Source of the DNA: Propionibacteriaceae bacterium
GTDB lineage: Bacteria; Actinomycetota; Actinomycetes; Propionibacteriales; Propionibacteriaceae
DNA length: 32,000 nt
Direction: 5' to 3'
Assembly (NCBI GenBank): GCA_031256725.1
Contig: JAIRQE010000014.1
Coordinates: 27,022-59,021 of the forward strand
In this document: positions 6,652 through 15,800 of the stretch, piece by piece
Layout: each line of letters begins with the position of its first letter
How positions within the stretch are numbered: the first letter of the stretch is position 1
The notes under the pieces: model-generated
The model's database searches: none
Seen by the model: the letters and a program-made list of their open reading frames with translations, nothing else
Told to the model about the DNA's origin: nothing
Made by a program: the position numbers and the translations under genes

Positions 6652-8149
6652 CGTTCACCTCTTTGGCTTTAGCAGCTTTGGCTGCTCTGGTCGCAGCAGC
6701 TTTCTCCTTAGCAGCTTTGGCTTTGGCTGCCTTCTCCCTGGCAGCTTCGTGCTCTTGGGCTTTCGCTACGGCAGCCTTTTGTTGGGCGGCTTTACGCTGC
6801 TTCTTTTTCTTGGACTTGGGCGGTGTTTTTTTCTTCTTCGGGACCTTGGGTTTGGGTCGTGGCTTGAGGCCGGTCAACCGTAAGGGAGATGCGGCGAGCG
6901 GGTGGTCGGCAATCTCTTCGGGTAGTGCTGGGGCCAACGGGTTGGGGATGGTCTCTGTCACAGAGGAGATCGCGGCCTTGGCGAGTACTGTGACCTCATG
7001 GGAATCGTTCACGTTTTCATGGGAGACGTGATTCTTGGAGGACACGATCTTGATGGTGACTGAGCCTATAACCAGCACAGCGAGTACGACAAGGAACCCC
7101 CAGGACCCGAAATGGGCAACCCAGGCGGCTAATCCACCTACGAGTGCTGCTGCTGGGAGAGTCAACCCCCATGCGATGAGCATACGTTTGGCGGTGTTCC
7201 AGCGTACCTCTTCAGGGGTACGGGCAAGGCCGGTCCCCATGATCGCACCCGAAACAATGTGGGTGGTCGACAGACCAAACCCGAGGTGTGAGGATGCGAG
7301 GATGCAGGACATTCCTGCGGTTTCAGCAGCGAAACCTTGGGGGGGTTCGATCTCAGCCATCCCCTTACCCATGGTACGCATGATGCGCCAACCACCGGAA
7401 TAGGTACCCAAAGCGATGGCTATACCTGCCGAAAGGATGACCCACCAGTGCGGGCCCGTACCCGGAGCCTGGCCCCACCACGGCATCTGATCCCCACCAA
7501 GTTGGAGGGTACCTGCAACGAGAACGAGGGTGATGATACCCATGGTCTTCTGGCCATCAGAGGTACCATGCGAGAGCGCAACCAGCAGGGAGGAGACTCG
7601 CTGTGCGTTCCTGTACCTCTTCTTCGATTCTTTCGGAAGATTATGTTTGCCCTTGTAGGCGATCTTTGTTCCAAGGTACGAGGCCACACCAGCGACGACT
7701 GGGGCAACCAGTGCGGGCAAAAGGATCTTGGAGGCAACAGTCGAGAAGTGGATACCAATGAGGCCGGCTTGTACCAAAACTGCGCCAATCAGGGCACCAA
7801 AAATCGCATGAGAGGAGGAAGATGGTAACCCGAAGAGCCAGGTCAACAGGTTCCACAGGATCGCGCCTACGAGTGCAGCAAAAACCGTCTGAGGGGTGAT
7901 CAGCTGATCGTCAACAATGCCCCCTGAAATCGTCTTGGCAACATTCGTCGAAAGGAAGGCGCCAATGAGGTTCATGATGGCGGCGAGGAGTACAGCCATC
8001 TTCGGCTTGAAAGCGCCGGTAGCCACACAGGTTGCCATTGCGTTAGCAGCGTCATGGAACCCGTTTGTAAAGTCAAAAATGAGCGCAGTAATAACGACGA
8101 TCAGGATAATGAGTTCAACGGACATGGGGGCCTTTGAGAGCGTGGACAT
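6644..8149 (-). CDS. pit: Inorganic phosphate transporter, PiT family, with a ~130-aa C-terminal extension ending in a Lys/Ala-rich tail.
   Basis: 501 aa. The N-terminal PiT signature FDFTNGFHDAANAMAT and the second repeat GFGLSTTHIVSGAIMGTG are present, with about 10 hydrophobic segments. The last 73 aa read KPRPKPKVPKKKKTPPKSKKKKQRKAAQQKAAVAKAQEHEAAREKAAKAKAAKEKAAATRAAKAAKAKEVNDA. Confidence 0.9.
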   Translation of the reverse strand: MSTLSKAPMSVELIILIVVITALIFDFTNGFHDAANAMATCVATGAFKPKMAVLLAAIMNLIGAFLSTNVAKTISGGIVDDQLITPQTVFAALVGAILWNLLTWLFGLPSSSSHAIFGALIGAVLVQAGLIGIHFSTVASKILLPALVAPVVAGVASYLGTKIAYKGKHNLPKESKKRYRNAQRVSSLLVALSHGTSDGQKTMGIITLVLVAGTLQLGGDQMPWWGQAPGTGPHWWVILSAGIAIALGTYSGGWRIMRTMGKGMAEIEPPQGFAAETAGMSCILASSHLGFGLSTTHIVSGAIMGTGLARTPEEVRWNTAKRMLIAWGLTLPAAALVGGLAAWVAHFGSWGFLVVLAVLVIGSVTIKIVSSKNHVSHENVNDSHEVTVLAKAAISSVTETIPNPLAPALPEEIADHPLAASPLRLTGLKPRPKPKVPKKKKTPPKSKKKKQRKAAQQKAAVAKAQEHEAAREKAAKAKAAKEKAAATRAAKAAKAKEVNDA

Positions 8150-8281
8150 GCATCACAAGCGTGATCTTATCAAGTTGAAGGTTAACGGCAGGTGAACAGA
8201 TGATTGAGTGGGATTCGGGGGAAAGCAGGCGTACAATACCACCCTCAGTTGTTCCTTGTTCCCGACTTACCCAACGGGAGG

Positions 8282-9940
8282 TTAACTCTCCCAACCCACG
8301 GATTCCCACAGGGTGTCCCCCAACTCATTGGGGCCATAGTTCGCTAGATCTGGGCGTACCATGAGTACATGAGGAACCTGGTAGGCAGGGATCATCGATA
8401 TGTCCTCCCACAGGATGGAATCCACCTGTGTGACTAGGTCTTTTAATGATTCGCGGTCGGCGGTAGTGATCATCTCTTGGTAGAGGGAGTCGATACTGGG
8501 GTTGTGGTACTGCCAGGGGTTACCCGTTATGAATCGGGAAACAGAGGCGTGAACCGTGGTGTACTCCAGGGTTTCAGCGGTCATAGCGGAAGTCGAGGAA
8601 ATTTGGGTATCTCGATCATCGGAGGAAAGATAGATAAGATCCACCCGTATGCCAAGATTCTTGAGTTGTGCACGTATGGCGAAGGCTTCGTTTTCGCTGA
8701 GAGGGTCATGGTCCGGGATGAGGAAGGCCCATGCAAGTTCTTGACCATCCTTGCGGCGTACACCATCGGGTTTGAGTACCCATCCTTGTTCCTCTAAAAG
8801 ATCCTTGGCTTTGGAAGGATCATGCCGTGGCATAGGCGAATCGGTTTCAGAGTACTCAGTGAGTCCGGGGGGCCAAACAGTGGAGGTGAGGGGGTGTGGA
8901 GTCCACTTCCATCCTGCAAGATCCGAGGCTGCAAGTCCTTTGAGGTCCAAGCCTAGGAATACCGCTTGACGTACCTTCCGATCAGCAAGGGGACCGTGAG
9001 TACAGTTCATAAGGAGGTACCGACCCAGTGGACTCAAGCTGCGGCGTACCGAGATTCCTGGAAGATCCTCAAGCCGGGAATAGAGGTTGGGGTCATCCAC
9101 CCACACAGCATCAATCTGGGACCTGAGGAAGGCCAAAGGCAGATCCTTGTCGGGAACCAGGGTGAAGGAGATCAAGTCAAGCTTGGGCTTCACCGCCCAC
9201 CATAGGGGATTTCGGGTAAGGGTGATCGCCGTACCCTCTGAGAATGCCACAGTGAAGGGGCCAGAAAAGCTGGCTTCGTGACCTGTGAGAGAATCCCATC
9301 TTTCGCGACCAGTACCAGTTCTGAGTGGTCCCCGGGCGAAGGTGTACTGCCACGGCGAATACTCAGTTGCATAGAAAACAAGGATTTCTTGGGGGGTGGT
9401 ACCTTGGCGGATGTCAATGACATACTCAAAGCCCCGATTCGTACATACCGGTCCAGGGTCATCCAAACACGACTTCCAGGTGTACTCAAAGTCACGTACC
9501 GTGACCTGTGCGCCATCACTCCAGTGGGCCTTTGGATTGAGGGTATAGGTCACAGACATACCGGGGCCAGTGGGGTCCAGGATCACGAGGGGTTCATGGG
9601 TGAGCCATGAGGGATCCCAGCGGAGGGTACCATCACTCAAGGTGACCCCGAATCGTGGAGTCATGGCATCCAGGATGGGGGGAAGGTTAAAAGTGGAATG
9701 ATGCCAGGGGTTCCAGGATTCGCCCAAGGTGGAGACCGCGATTGTGAGGGTACCACCGTTGCTGATTTTCGCACGCTCGGTCGGATTGGTTTGGGGACCG
9801 AGGGTGATGGGGGGCAGATTTGGGGAATCGGATGGAGAATGGGACTCAGGTGGGGTTGGATGGCATCCCACGATACCAAGAACTAACGCGATCACAAGTG
9901 ATGCGTTTCGGATGCGACCCTTCACAGGGCCTATACCCAT
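8282..9940 (-). CDS. ABC-transporter family-5 (peptide/nickel type) substrate-binding lipoprotein, orphan.
   Basis: ORF 8282..10303 is trimmed to the ATG at 9940, because the upstream part overlaps pmt in another frame. The N-terminus MGIGPVKGRIRNASLVIALVLGIVGC has a lipobox (LGIVGC), followed by a Pro/Ser/Thr-rich linker. The body shows family-5 SBP-like segments (GGTLTIAV..., YLLMNCTHGPLADRKVRQAVFLGLD). No permease or ATPase gene is adjacent. Confidence 0.8.
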   Translation of the reverse strand: MGIGPVKGRIRNASLVIALVLGIVGCHPTPPESHSPSDSPNLPPITLGPQTNPTERAKISNGGTLTIAVSTLGESWNPWHHSTFNLPPILDAMTPRFGVTLSDGTLRWDPSWLTHEPLVILDPTGPGMSVTYTLNPKAHWSDGAQVTVRDFEYTWKSCLDDPGPVCTNRGFEYVIDIRQGTTPQEILVFYATEYSPWQYTFARGPLRTGTGRERWDSLTGHEASFSGPFTVAFSEGTAITLTRNPLWWAVKPKLDLISFTLVPDKDLPLAFLRSQIDAVWVDDPNLYSRLEDLPGISVRRSLSPLGRYLLMNCTHGPLADRKVRQAVFLGLDLKGLAASDLAGWKWTPHPLTSTVWPPGLTEYSETDSPMPRHDPSKAKDLLEEQGWVLKPDGVRRKDGQELAWAFLIPDHDPLSENEAFAIRAQLKNLGIRVDLIYLSSDDRDTQISSTSAMTAETLEYTTVHASVSRFITGNPWQYHNPSIDSLYQEMITTADRESLKDLVTQVDSILWEDISMIPAYQVPHVLMVRPDLANYGPNELGDTLWESVGWES

Positions 9941-11754
9941 CCGGGCAACCACATCCTCCACTGCCAGTGGCTTCGAATCAACATTTCGGCGGTCAGAATC
10001 GGGTAGAAGAAAGCGAAATTTAGAATGATGAGGGCCACTAGGGTTCCTACGGTCACCGCGCCCGTTTCCCGTCTTATTCCTGGACGTGCGGGACCCAGAA
10101 GTACTCCGAATGCCATGGCCAAACCAATGCACATGAAGGGGATCATGGTCACTGCGTAGAAGACGAACATGGGGCGTGTACCCGCAAACATCCAAGGAAT
10201 CCAGGTCGAGAAGGTACCCACAACAACCACTCCGAAACGCCAGTCCATACCAGCGATCCACCAGATGAGGGCAGCAATCATGGCAGCAGCAGCCAACCAC
10301 CACAGCAGTGGGGTACCCAGCCCTGTAATAATCCTCATACAGGTCTCACCCTCGGCGGCCTTGCACCCATCAATACCAGGTTGTATCCCGTTGTCAGCAT
10401 AGATTCCGATGGTTCGAGCAAGGAGAGGCCACCCCAAAGGATTCGAGCGATAGGGATGATCTGCGCCAGCCATACCCTCACCCGTATGGAACCCATAGGT
10501 GATGTCATGCCATCTCCATAGTGAGGCCAAAGCCTCCCCCAAGGTCCTCGTTGACCATGCATCAGGGTTATTGAGACCCCAGTCTCGCGCGTATGCTTGC
10601 GTTGTCCTCAGCCAGGGTATCCAGGTTGTGAGGTACACACCAATCGCCACAATAACCATCGAGATGAAGGCCGGGATGCCATCGATGTACAACCCCTTCC
10701 AGGTTGTACGACCCGCACCAGCAAGCCGCCTCGCTGAGACAGACCAGGCCACGACGAGAAGACCGAAGACTGCAAGGGGGTAGATCGTATTCCATTTCAC
10801 GGCACATCCGGCACCGAACATCACCCCCGCTCCAAGAAGCCAGGGACGGAAAATGAAGGGACCAGGCCCACCACCAAAAGAATTATCATGTCGGGTGGCC
10901 AGCCGATCAGCGAGCTGGTTTCTGAAATAGTCCCGATCCGCGACCACACAACTCACAGCGGCAAGGATGAAAAAGCATTGGAAGATATCCAACAGGGCGA
11001 TCCGTGACATGACGAAGTGGAGACCGTCAACAGTCAACAGTAGACCCGCCAACCCTCCAATGAGGGTCGAATGAGAAAGTCGTCTGGCTAGGCGAATCAC
11101 CACGAAAACGGTGAGAGTACCAAAGATTAGAGCAGCGAAACGCCACCCGAAAGCATTTGCCCCAAAGAGCCATTCCCCACCTGCGATCAACCATTTCCCG
11201 AGGGGAGGATGTACGGTCCAGGAACCATCTGTGGTTAAGGCCGCGTAATCCCCTTCAGCGAACGCCGCGTTAACGGCAGCCCTCTCTTCATCGGTATCAG
11301 CTTTCCAGACCCCCTCATAACCCATCTGCAACAGGCTCCAGGCATCCTTAGCGTAGTAGGTCTCATCGAACATGATCCTGGCAGGGTACCCAAGTTTGAC
11401 GAACCTGATGACGAAGGCGATCCCAGTGATGACTAGGGTGACGATCCAACCAAGGATCCGATCCGGGGGAAGGGAATGCCTGAGTTGATCAATGGGCGCA
11501 AGGGTGACCTGCGACTTCGTCGCATCCACGAATCTCTCGAAATGGGTCAGGAATGATTGTTTCGGTTTGACCACACGGATAGGGTCGGGATCTTGGGGGG
11601 CTGGTACCCATGGACGTACCGGGGCTTCCACACGATTAAGAGCCTCATCCATCGCTGAAGCTATGTCTGCAGGCGAAACCGATGGCACCACTCCATCTGG
11701 GGGCGCGGACTGATCATCCACCACTTGATCGCTCACTCTCAGTAGTCTACTCAT
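9931..11754 (-). CDS. pmt: Protein O-mannosyltransferase (GT39, polyprenol-phosphate-mannose dependent).
   Basis: ORF 9931..11982 is trimmed to the ATG at 11754, because the upstream part overlaps rsmI. It is a polytopic membrane protein with the GT39-like loop-1 segment ARIMFDETYYAKDAWSLL (DE motif). It is divergent from rsmI, as I recall for Mycobacterium Rv1002c/Rv1003. The start codon is uncertain. Confidence 0.8.
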   Translation of the reverse strand: MSRLLRVSDQVVDDQSAPPDGVVPSVSPADIASAMDEALNRVEAPVRPWVPAPQDPDPIRVVKPKQSFLTHFERFVDATKSQVTLAPIDQLRHSLPPDRILGWIVTLVITGIAFVIRFVKLGYPARIMFDETYYAKDAWSLLQMGYEGVWKADTDEERAAVNAAFAEGDYAALTTDGSWTVHPPLGKWLIAGGEWLFGANAFGWRFAALIFGTLTVFVVIRLARRLSHSTLIGGLAGLLLTVDGLHFVMSRIALLDIFQCFFILAAVSCVVADRDYFRNQLADRLATRHDNSFGGGPGPFIFRPWLLGAGVMFGAGCAVKWNTIYPLAVFGLLVVAWSVSARRLAGAGRTTWKGLYIDGIPAFISMVIVAIGVYLTTWIPWLRTTQAYARDWGLNNPDAWSTRTLGEALASLWRWHDITYGFHTGEGMAGADHPYRSNPLGWPLLARTIGIYADNGIQPGIDGCKAAEGETCMRIITGLGTPLLWWLAAAAMIAALIWWIAGMDWRFGVVVVGTFSTWIPWMFAGTRPMFVFYAVTMIPFMCIGLAMAFGVLLGPARPGIRRETGAVTVGTLVALIILNFAFFYPILTAEMLIRSHWQWRMWLPGWV

Positions 11755-11778
11755 ATGAGACCCGATTCCGATGACACC

Positions 11779-12621
11779 ATGAATCCTTCTACAGGGTTGC
11801 TCCTCCTGGCAGGTACCCCTATCGGAGATTCCCGCTATGTCAGCGAGGCCTTGCGCCAGGGGTTGCTCACCGCAGATGTGATCGCCGCTGAAGACACCCG
11901 CAAGTTCGCTGACCTGTGTCGCCGAGCAGAGGTACGCCCACAAGCAAGGGTCGTCTCCTATTTTGAGGGGAACGAGGCTCAAAGAACCCCCAGCTTGATC
12001 GCCGACATGGAGTCAGGATCGGTGGTTGTCCTTGTCACAGATGCTGGGATGCCCTCGGTTTCGGACCCCGGATTTCGTCTAGTCACAGCCTGTATCGAAA
12101 AGGGCATTTCTGTCTCAGCTATTCCTGGGCCCTCTGCTGTACTCACGGCTTTAGCGTTATCCGGTTTGAACACTGACCGTTTTTGTTTTGAAGGATTCCT
12201 GCCCAGGAAGCAGGGGCAGCGTCGTACCCGTTTGCAAGGGTTGGCCGCCGAAGACCGCACCATGGTCTTCTTTGAAGCCCCCCATCGCCTCCACGACTTC
12301 CTCAGTGACGCTACCGAGATCCTTGGTCCAGATCGCCGAGCGGCCATCTGCCGTGAACTCACCAAAACCTACGAGGAAGTCATCCGCAACGACTTGGCTA
12401 GTCTTGCCACCTGGTCTGAAAGAGAGGTACGAGGGGAGATCACCATCGTTGTCGCCGGAGCCTTGCCCCTGACTCCTGACATAGATGACCTAGTGAACCA
12501 GGTGAATACTCTTCTAGCTTCCGGCATCAAACGTACTGCTGCCGTTGCCCAAGTATCTGCTCGTACTGGAGCTGATCGACATGAACTGTACGACGCTGTC
12601 CTGAAATCCACTCAGGATTAG
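11779..12621 (+). CDS. rsmI: 16S rRNA (cytidine1402-2'-O)-methyltransferase.
   Basis: Tetrapyrrole-methylase-fold signatures are present: LLLAGTPIGDSRYVSEALRQGL, AEDTRKF, DAGMPSVSDPG and IPGPSA. The ORF track start is 11755. I prefer the ATG at 11779 (MNPSTGLLLLAGTPIG) by analogy with typical RsmI N-termini. Either is possible. Confidence 0.85.
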   Translation: MNPSTGLLLLAGTPIGDSRYVSEALRQGLLTADVIAAEDTRKFADLCRRAEVRPQARVVSYFEGNEAQRTPSLIADMESGSVVVLVTDAGMPSVSDPGFRLVTACIEKGISVSAIPGPSAVLTALALSGLNTDRFCFEGFLPRKQGQRRTRLQGLAAEDRTMVFFEAPHRLHDFLSDATEILGPDRRAAICRELTKTYEEVIRNDLASLATWSEREVRGEITIVVAGALPLTPDIDDLVNQVNTLLASGIKRTAAVAQVSARTGADRHELYDAVLKSTQD

Positions 12622-12764
12622 TGTAGGCCGATCAAAACTGGCGGAGTTTTGGACGGGACTGTACACCTTGTATTCAGGGCTTGACCTGTAATTCAGGTGA
12701 GTTCAGTGGATAATCTCCACGAAATACGTGACTTCAGATAAAATGAAAAAAGTCGACTTGCGGC

Positions 12765-12775
12765 GGGGGGGGGGG
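12765..12775 (+). repeat. Homopolymeric G11 tract in the upstream region of the large surface-protein gene.
   Basis: Counted directly: 11 consecutive G at 12765-12775, 66 nt upstream of the ATG at 12841. A second G7 run lies at 12809-12815. Confidence 0.95.
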
Positions 12776-12840
12776 CTAGTAGATTATTCACAATAACTTC
12801 GGCCTCATGGGGGGGTCAAGTAAACCGGTGGGAGTCGAAC

Positions 12841-15800
12841 ATGCGTCGTCTTATATCTCTTTTATGTGCGGGGGCACTAACATTGTCTGTTGTTGGTGTG
12901 GGGGCAGTGACAGTACAAGCAGCTGAGGCACAGTTCATTTCGGGGACTGTACATTTGCCAGCAGGACATGCCGAGGATACGAGTTTGGGGTGGATAGCGT
13001 GGGTGTGTTGGGAAGATGACGGATGGGATTGCCGTGAAGGGGGGATTGCAAGCGATGGCACATACAGAATCCAGATTCCGAGCACGGCTGCCCAAGATAT
13101 TTTTGTTGTAGCTGAGCTTGCCGTTCTCGGGTCTAGTCTGCTGTTAACGGCTTATGCAGGACCTGGGAATGAGGGGGTTGCAGGAAATTCTTTGTATGAG
13201 ACGCTTGGTTCTGCTTCACCTGTCAGTGTTCCTGCGAATGTAACTGAGGTTACTGGTATTGATATTACAATGCAGGTCGGAGCAAAGCTGAAGGGCACGG
13301 TTGCATTGGCTGACGGTGCTTCAATTGCAGACGCAGGTTGGGTAGGCGTCGAAGTCTGTGAGATTGTTGATGATGAAATTAGAGGATGTGTCTGGGCAAA
13401 TTACTCTTCTGATGGAAGCTACGAAGCCTTCGTGAAGCCGGGGGTCTACACGCTTCGTGGATCAGCTGACAATTATCTCACCACATATTTGGGTGGGTAT
13501 GTTGATTCTAGGTATAAGCCCGCAGTCTCGGATGTTACTAGTGTGACGGTTCCTGCCTCGGGAGCAACTGCGCCAACATTGACCCTGGAAAAAGGTGTCA
13601 TCATTTCAGGGACGATCAAGCCTCTTGATGCTGCGAGGAATGCGAGTGTAGATCTATATTGCGTTGACGACTACGGCTACTTAGATTATCAAGATTACAC
13701 ATGGGCTAACTATGAGGACGGGGCCTACGTAATGAGTATGATTCCTGGAAGGGAGTGTTCCGTCAGAGTTACTGCTCCTGGATATTTAACCACGTGGTTA
13801 GGGGATGTGACCAAGAACTGGGCTGACGTTGACGAGGTAACGATTCTGACGGGTTCTGCTGGTCAGGAGTTGAAGAACCAGGATATTACTCTTCCTCAGG
13901 CTGCCTCATTCACGGGAAAGGTGACCATGCCTGGCCACACTCTGCCGAGTAATGATAGCTGGTATGGATGGGTAGAAGCGTGCGGATTTGAGGGTTCTGA
14001 TCTAATAGATTGTGTGTCTTCTGGATGGATTGAGGAGGATGGAAGTTATACAATTGATGACGTTAAGCCGGGTACTGAGTATTACATTTTCGTAGAGATA
14101 GGGGGCGACTATCTGAATGAATACTTGATGACTGGTTACGATGGATGGGCTGGTTTGCGCCCCTCCTTCGCTGATCAGAAAACCATCACTAGTCCGAACC
14201 CAGGCGAATCTAAAACAGTCAATATTACGATGAAGAAGGCCTCGTATATTGAGGGTACGGTGTACCTTCCTGATGGGGAAACTCCTGCTGAAAATCTAGG
14301 AATAGAATATTGTTGGTATGAAGGTTCCGAGGTGGATTGTGAGTATTCCTGGAGCGACTCGGGGTCCTATTCGTTGAGGGTTGTCCCGGGTGTGGAGTAC
14401 TTCATTAGCGCATATGTTAATGGATATCCACAAACGTGGTATGGTGATGAGCCTCTGGGTTTGTCGGATGATCCGAAGGGGGATGGTGTTCCTGCTATCG
14501 TGGCTCCTGCAGAGGGTGCAACTCTGGGAAAGAATAATATCACGTTGACTGAGGGTGTTTCCATCTCTGGCAATATTGATGTGAAAGCCGTCTCTGGCAC
14601 AAGTGAGTCAGTGATTGTGACGGTGACGGCATGCTATTACCTTCAGGTGACAGAGGAACTCTCTAATTGCCAACAGGTTGTGATTGATGGCGTTGGTGGA
14701 CAATATACAATCCAAGGATTGCTGCCTGGAAAGCCCCATGTTGTCTTCGCTGAGGGGATTGAAACGTGCGGAGGAGACTGCTACGACACTGTTACTGAGC
14801 GATCATGGCACGGTGGTGGTGTTGGATGGGGTCCGAATGTGGTGAAGACTGTGTTTACGACTCCTAAAGCTGGTTCACCTACTCTGACGGGTAAGGATAT
14901 TACTTTATGGGATCCCTCTTATCTCACGGGTAAGGTTGTGCCGTCTTCCTTGGCAGGGGACGCTCAAGTCTGGTTGTGTCCGGTTTACATGGATGGTTCA
15001 CAATCCTATTACGGACAGAATAAGTGGTATGCTAATGAGCCGATTAAGCCTGGTGTCTGGTCGGATTGTTGGCCTCTCGATATAGATGAGACCGGTGAAT
15101 ATGGAAGCTATATTAATCCAGGTTATGACTGGGTGGTCATTGGTCAGGCTCCTGGGTATACCGATACCTGGCACGGTGGTTATGTTGGTGATTCTGGTCT
15201 TGTGGAGCAAGACAAGCCAGTCTCAACGGTTGTCCCTAACGGAGCTACCATCCTTACGTTCAAGCCGGGTGAAACCAAAACTAATGTTGATGTTATCTTT
15301 GGTAATTCAGTATCGGTGTCGTATAACGCTAATGGTGGATCGGGCACGATGAGTTCCCAGTCTGTTGATGAGGGTTCTTCGGTGACATTGGCTGCTAATG
15401 GGTTTACGTATGCGAATGTGAACTTTGATGGCTGGAATACGAAGGCTGATGGTTCAGGTACTCCCTATAAGGCTGGTGAGTCGATCACCCCGACTGCGAA
15501 TCTGACACTCTATGCACAGTGGAAGGCTGTGGTGAAGTTCGATACTGATGGTGGATCAACTGCTGCTGATCTGTCTGTGACTCCTGGATCGAAGGTTGCT
15601 TTGCCTGCTGATCCTACGAAGGATGGATTCAAGTTTGCTGGCTGGATCAACGCTGCGGATAATACAACGGTTGATGCTCAGACTGTGGTGAATGGTCATA
15701 TGACTGTGAAGGCCCAGTGGAAGAAGATTCTCACGTTGACCTACGATCCGAACGGTGGATCCGAGGCTCCAGTTGTGGAGACTGTTCTGGAGGGTGACGA

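Noticed and set aside
8282-11982. The full-length ORF-track models 8282..10303 (673 aa) and 9931..11982 (683 aa). The extended models 3337..4818, 26294..27427, 23436..24206 and 30465..31748 raise the same issue.
   Set aside because: The N-terminal extensions overlap the upstream gene in another frame and translate to Cys/Arg/His-rich nonsense. Internal starts give canonical N-termini (lipoprotein signal, HIGH-region spacing, FabH VTIKILGTG, FabG TGGSRGIG, sigma-2) and typical 4-10-nt overlaps.
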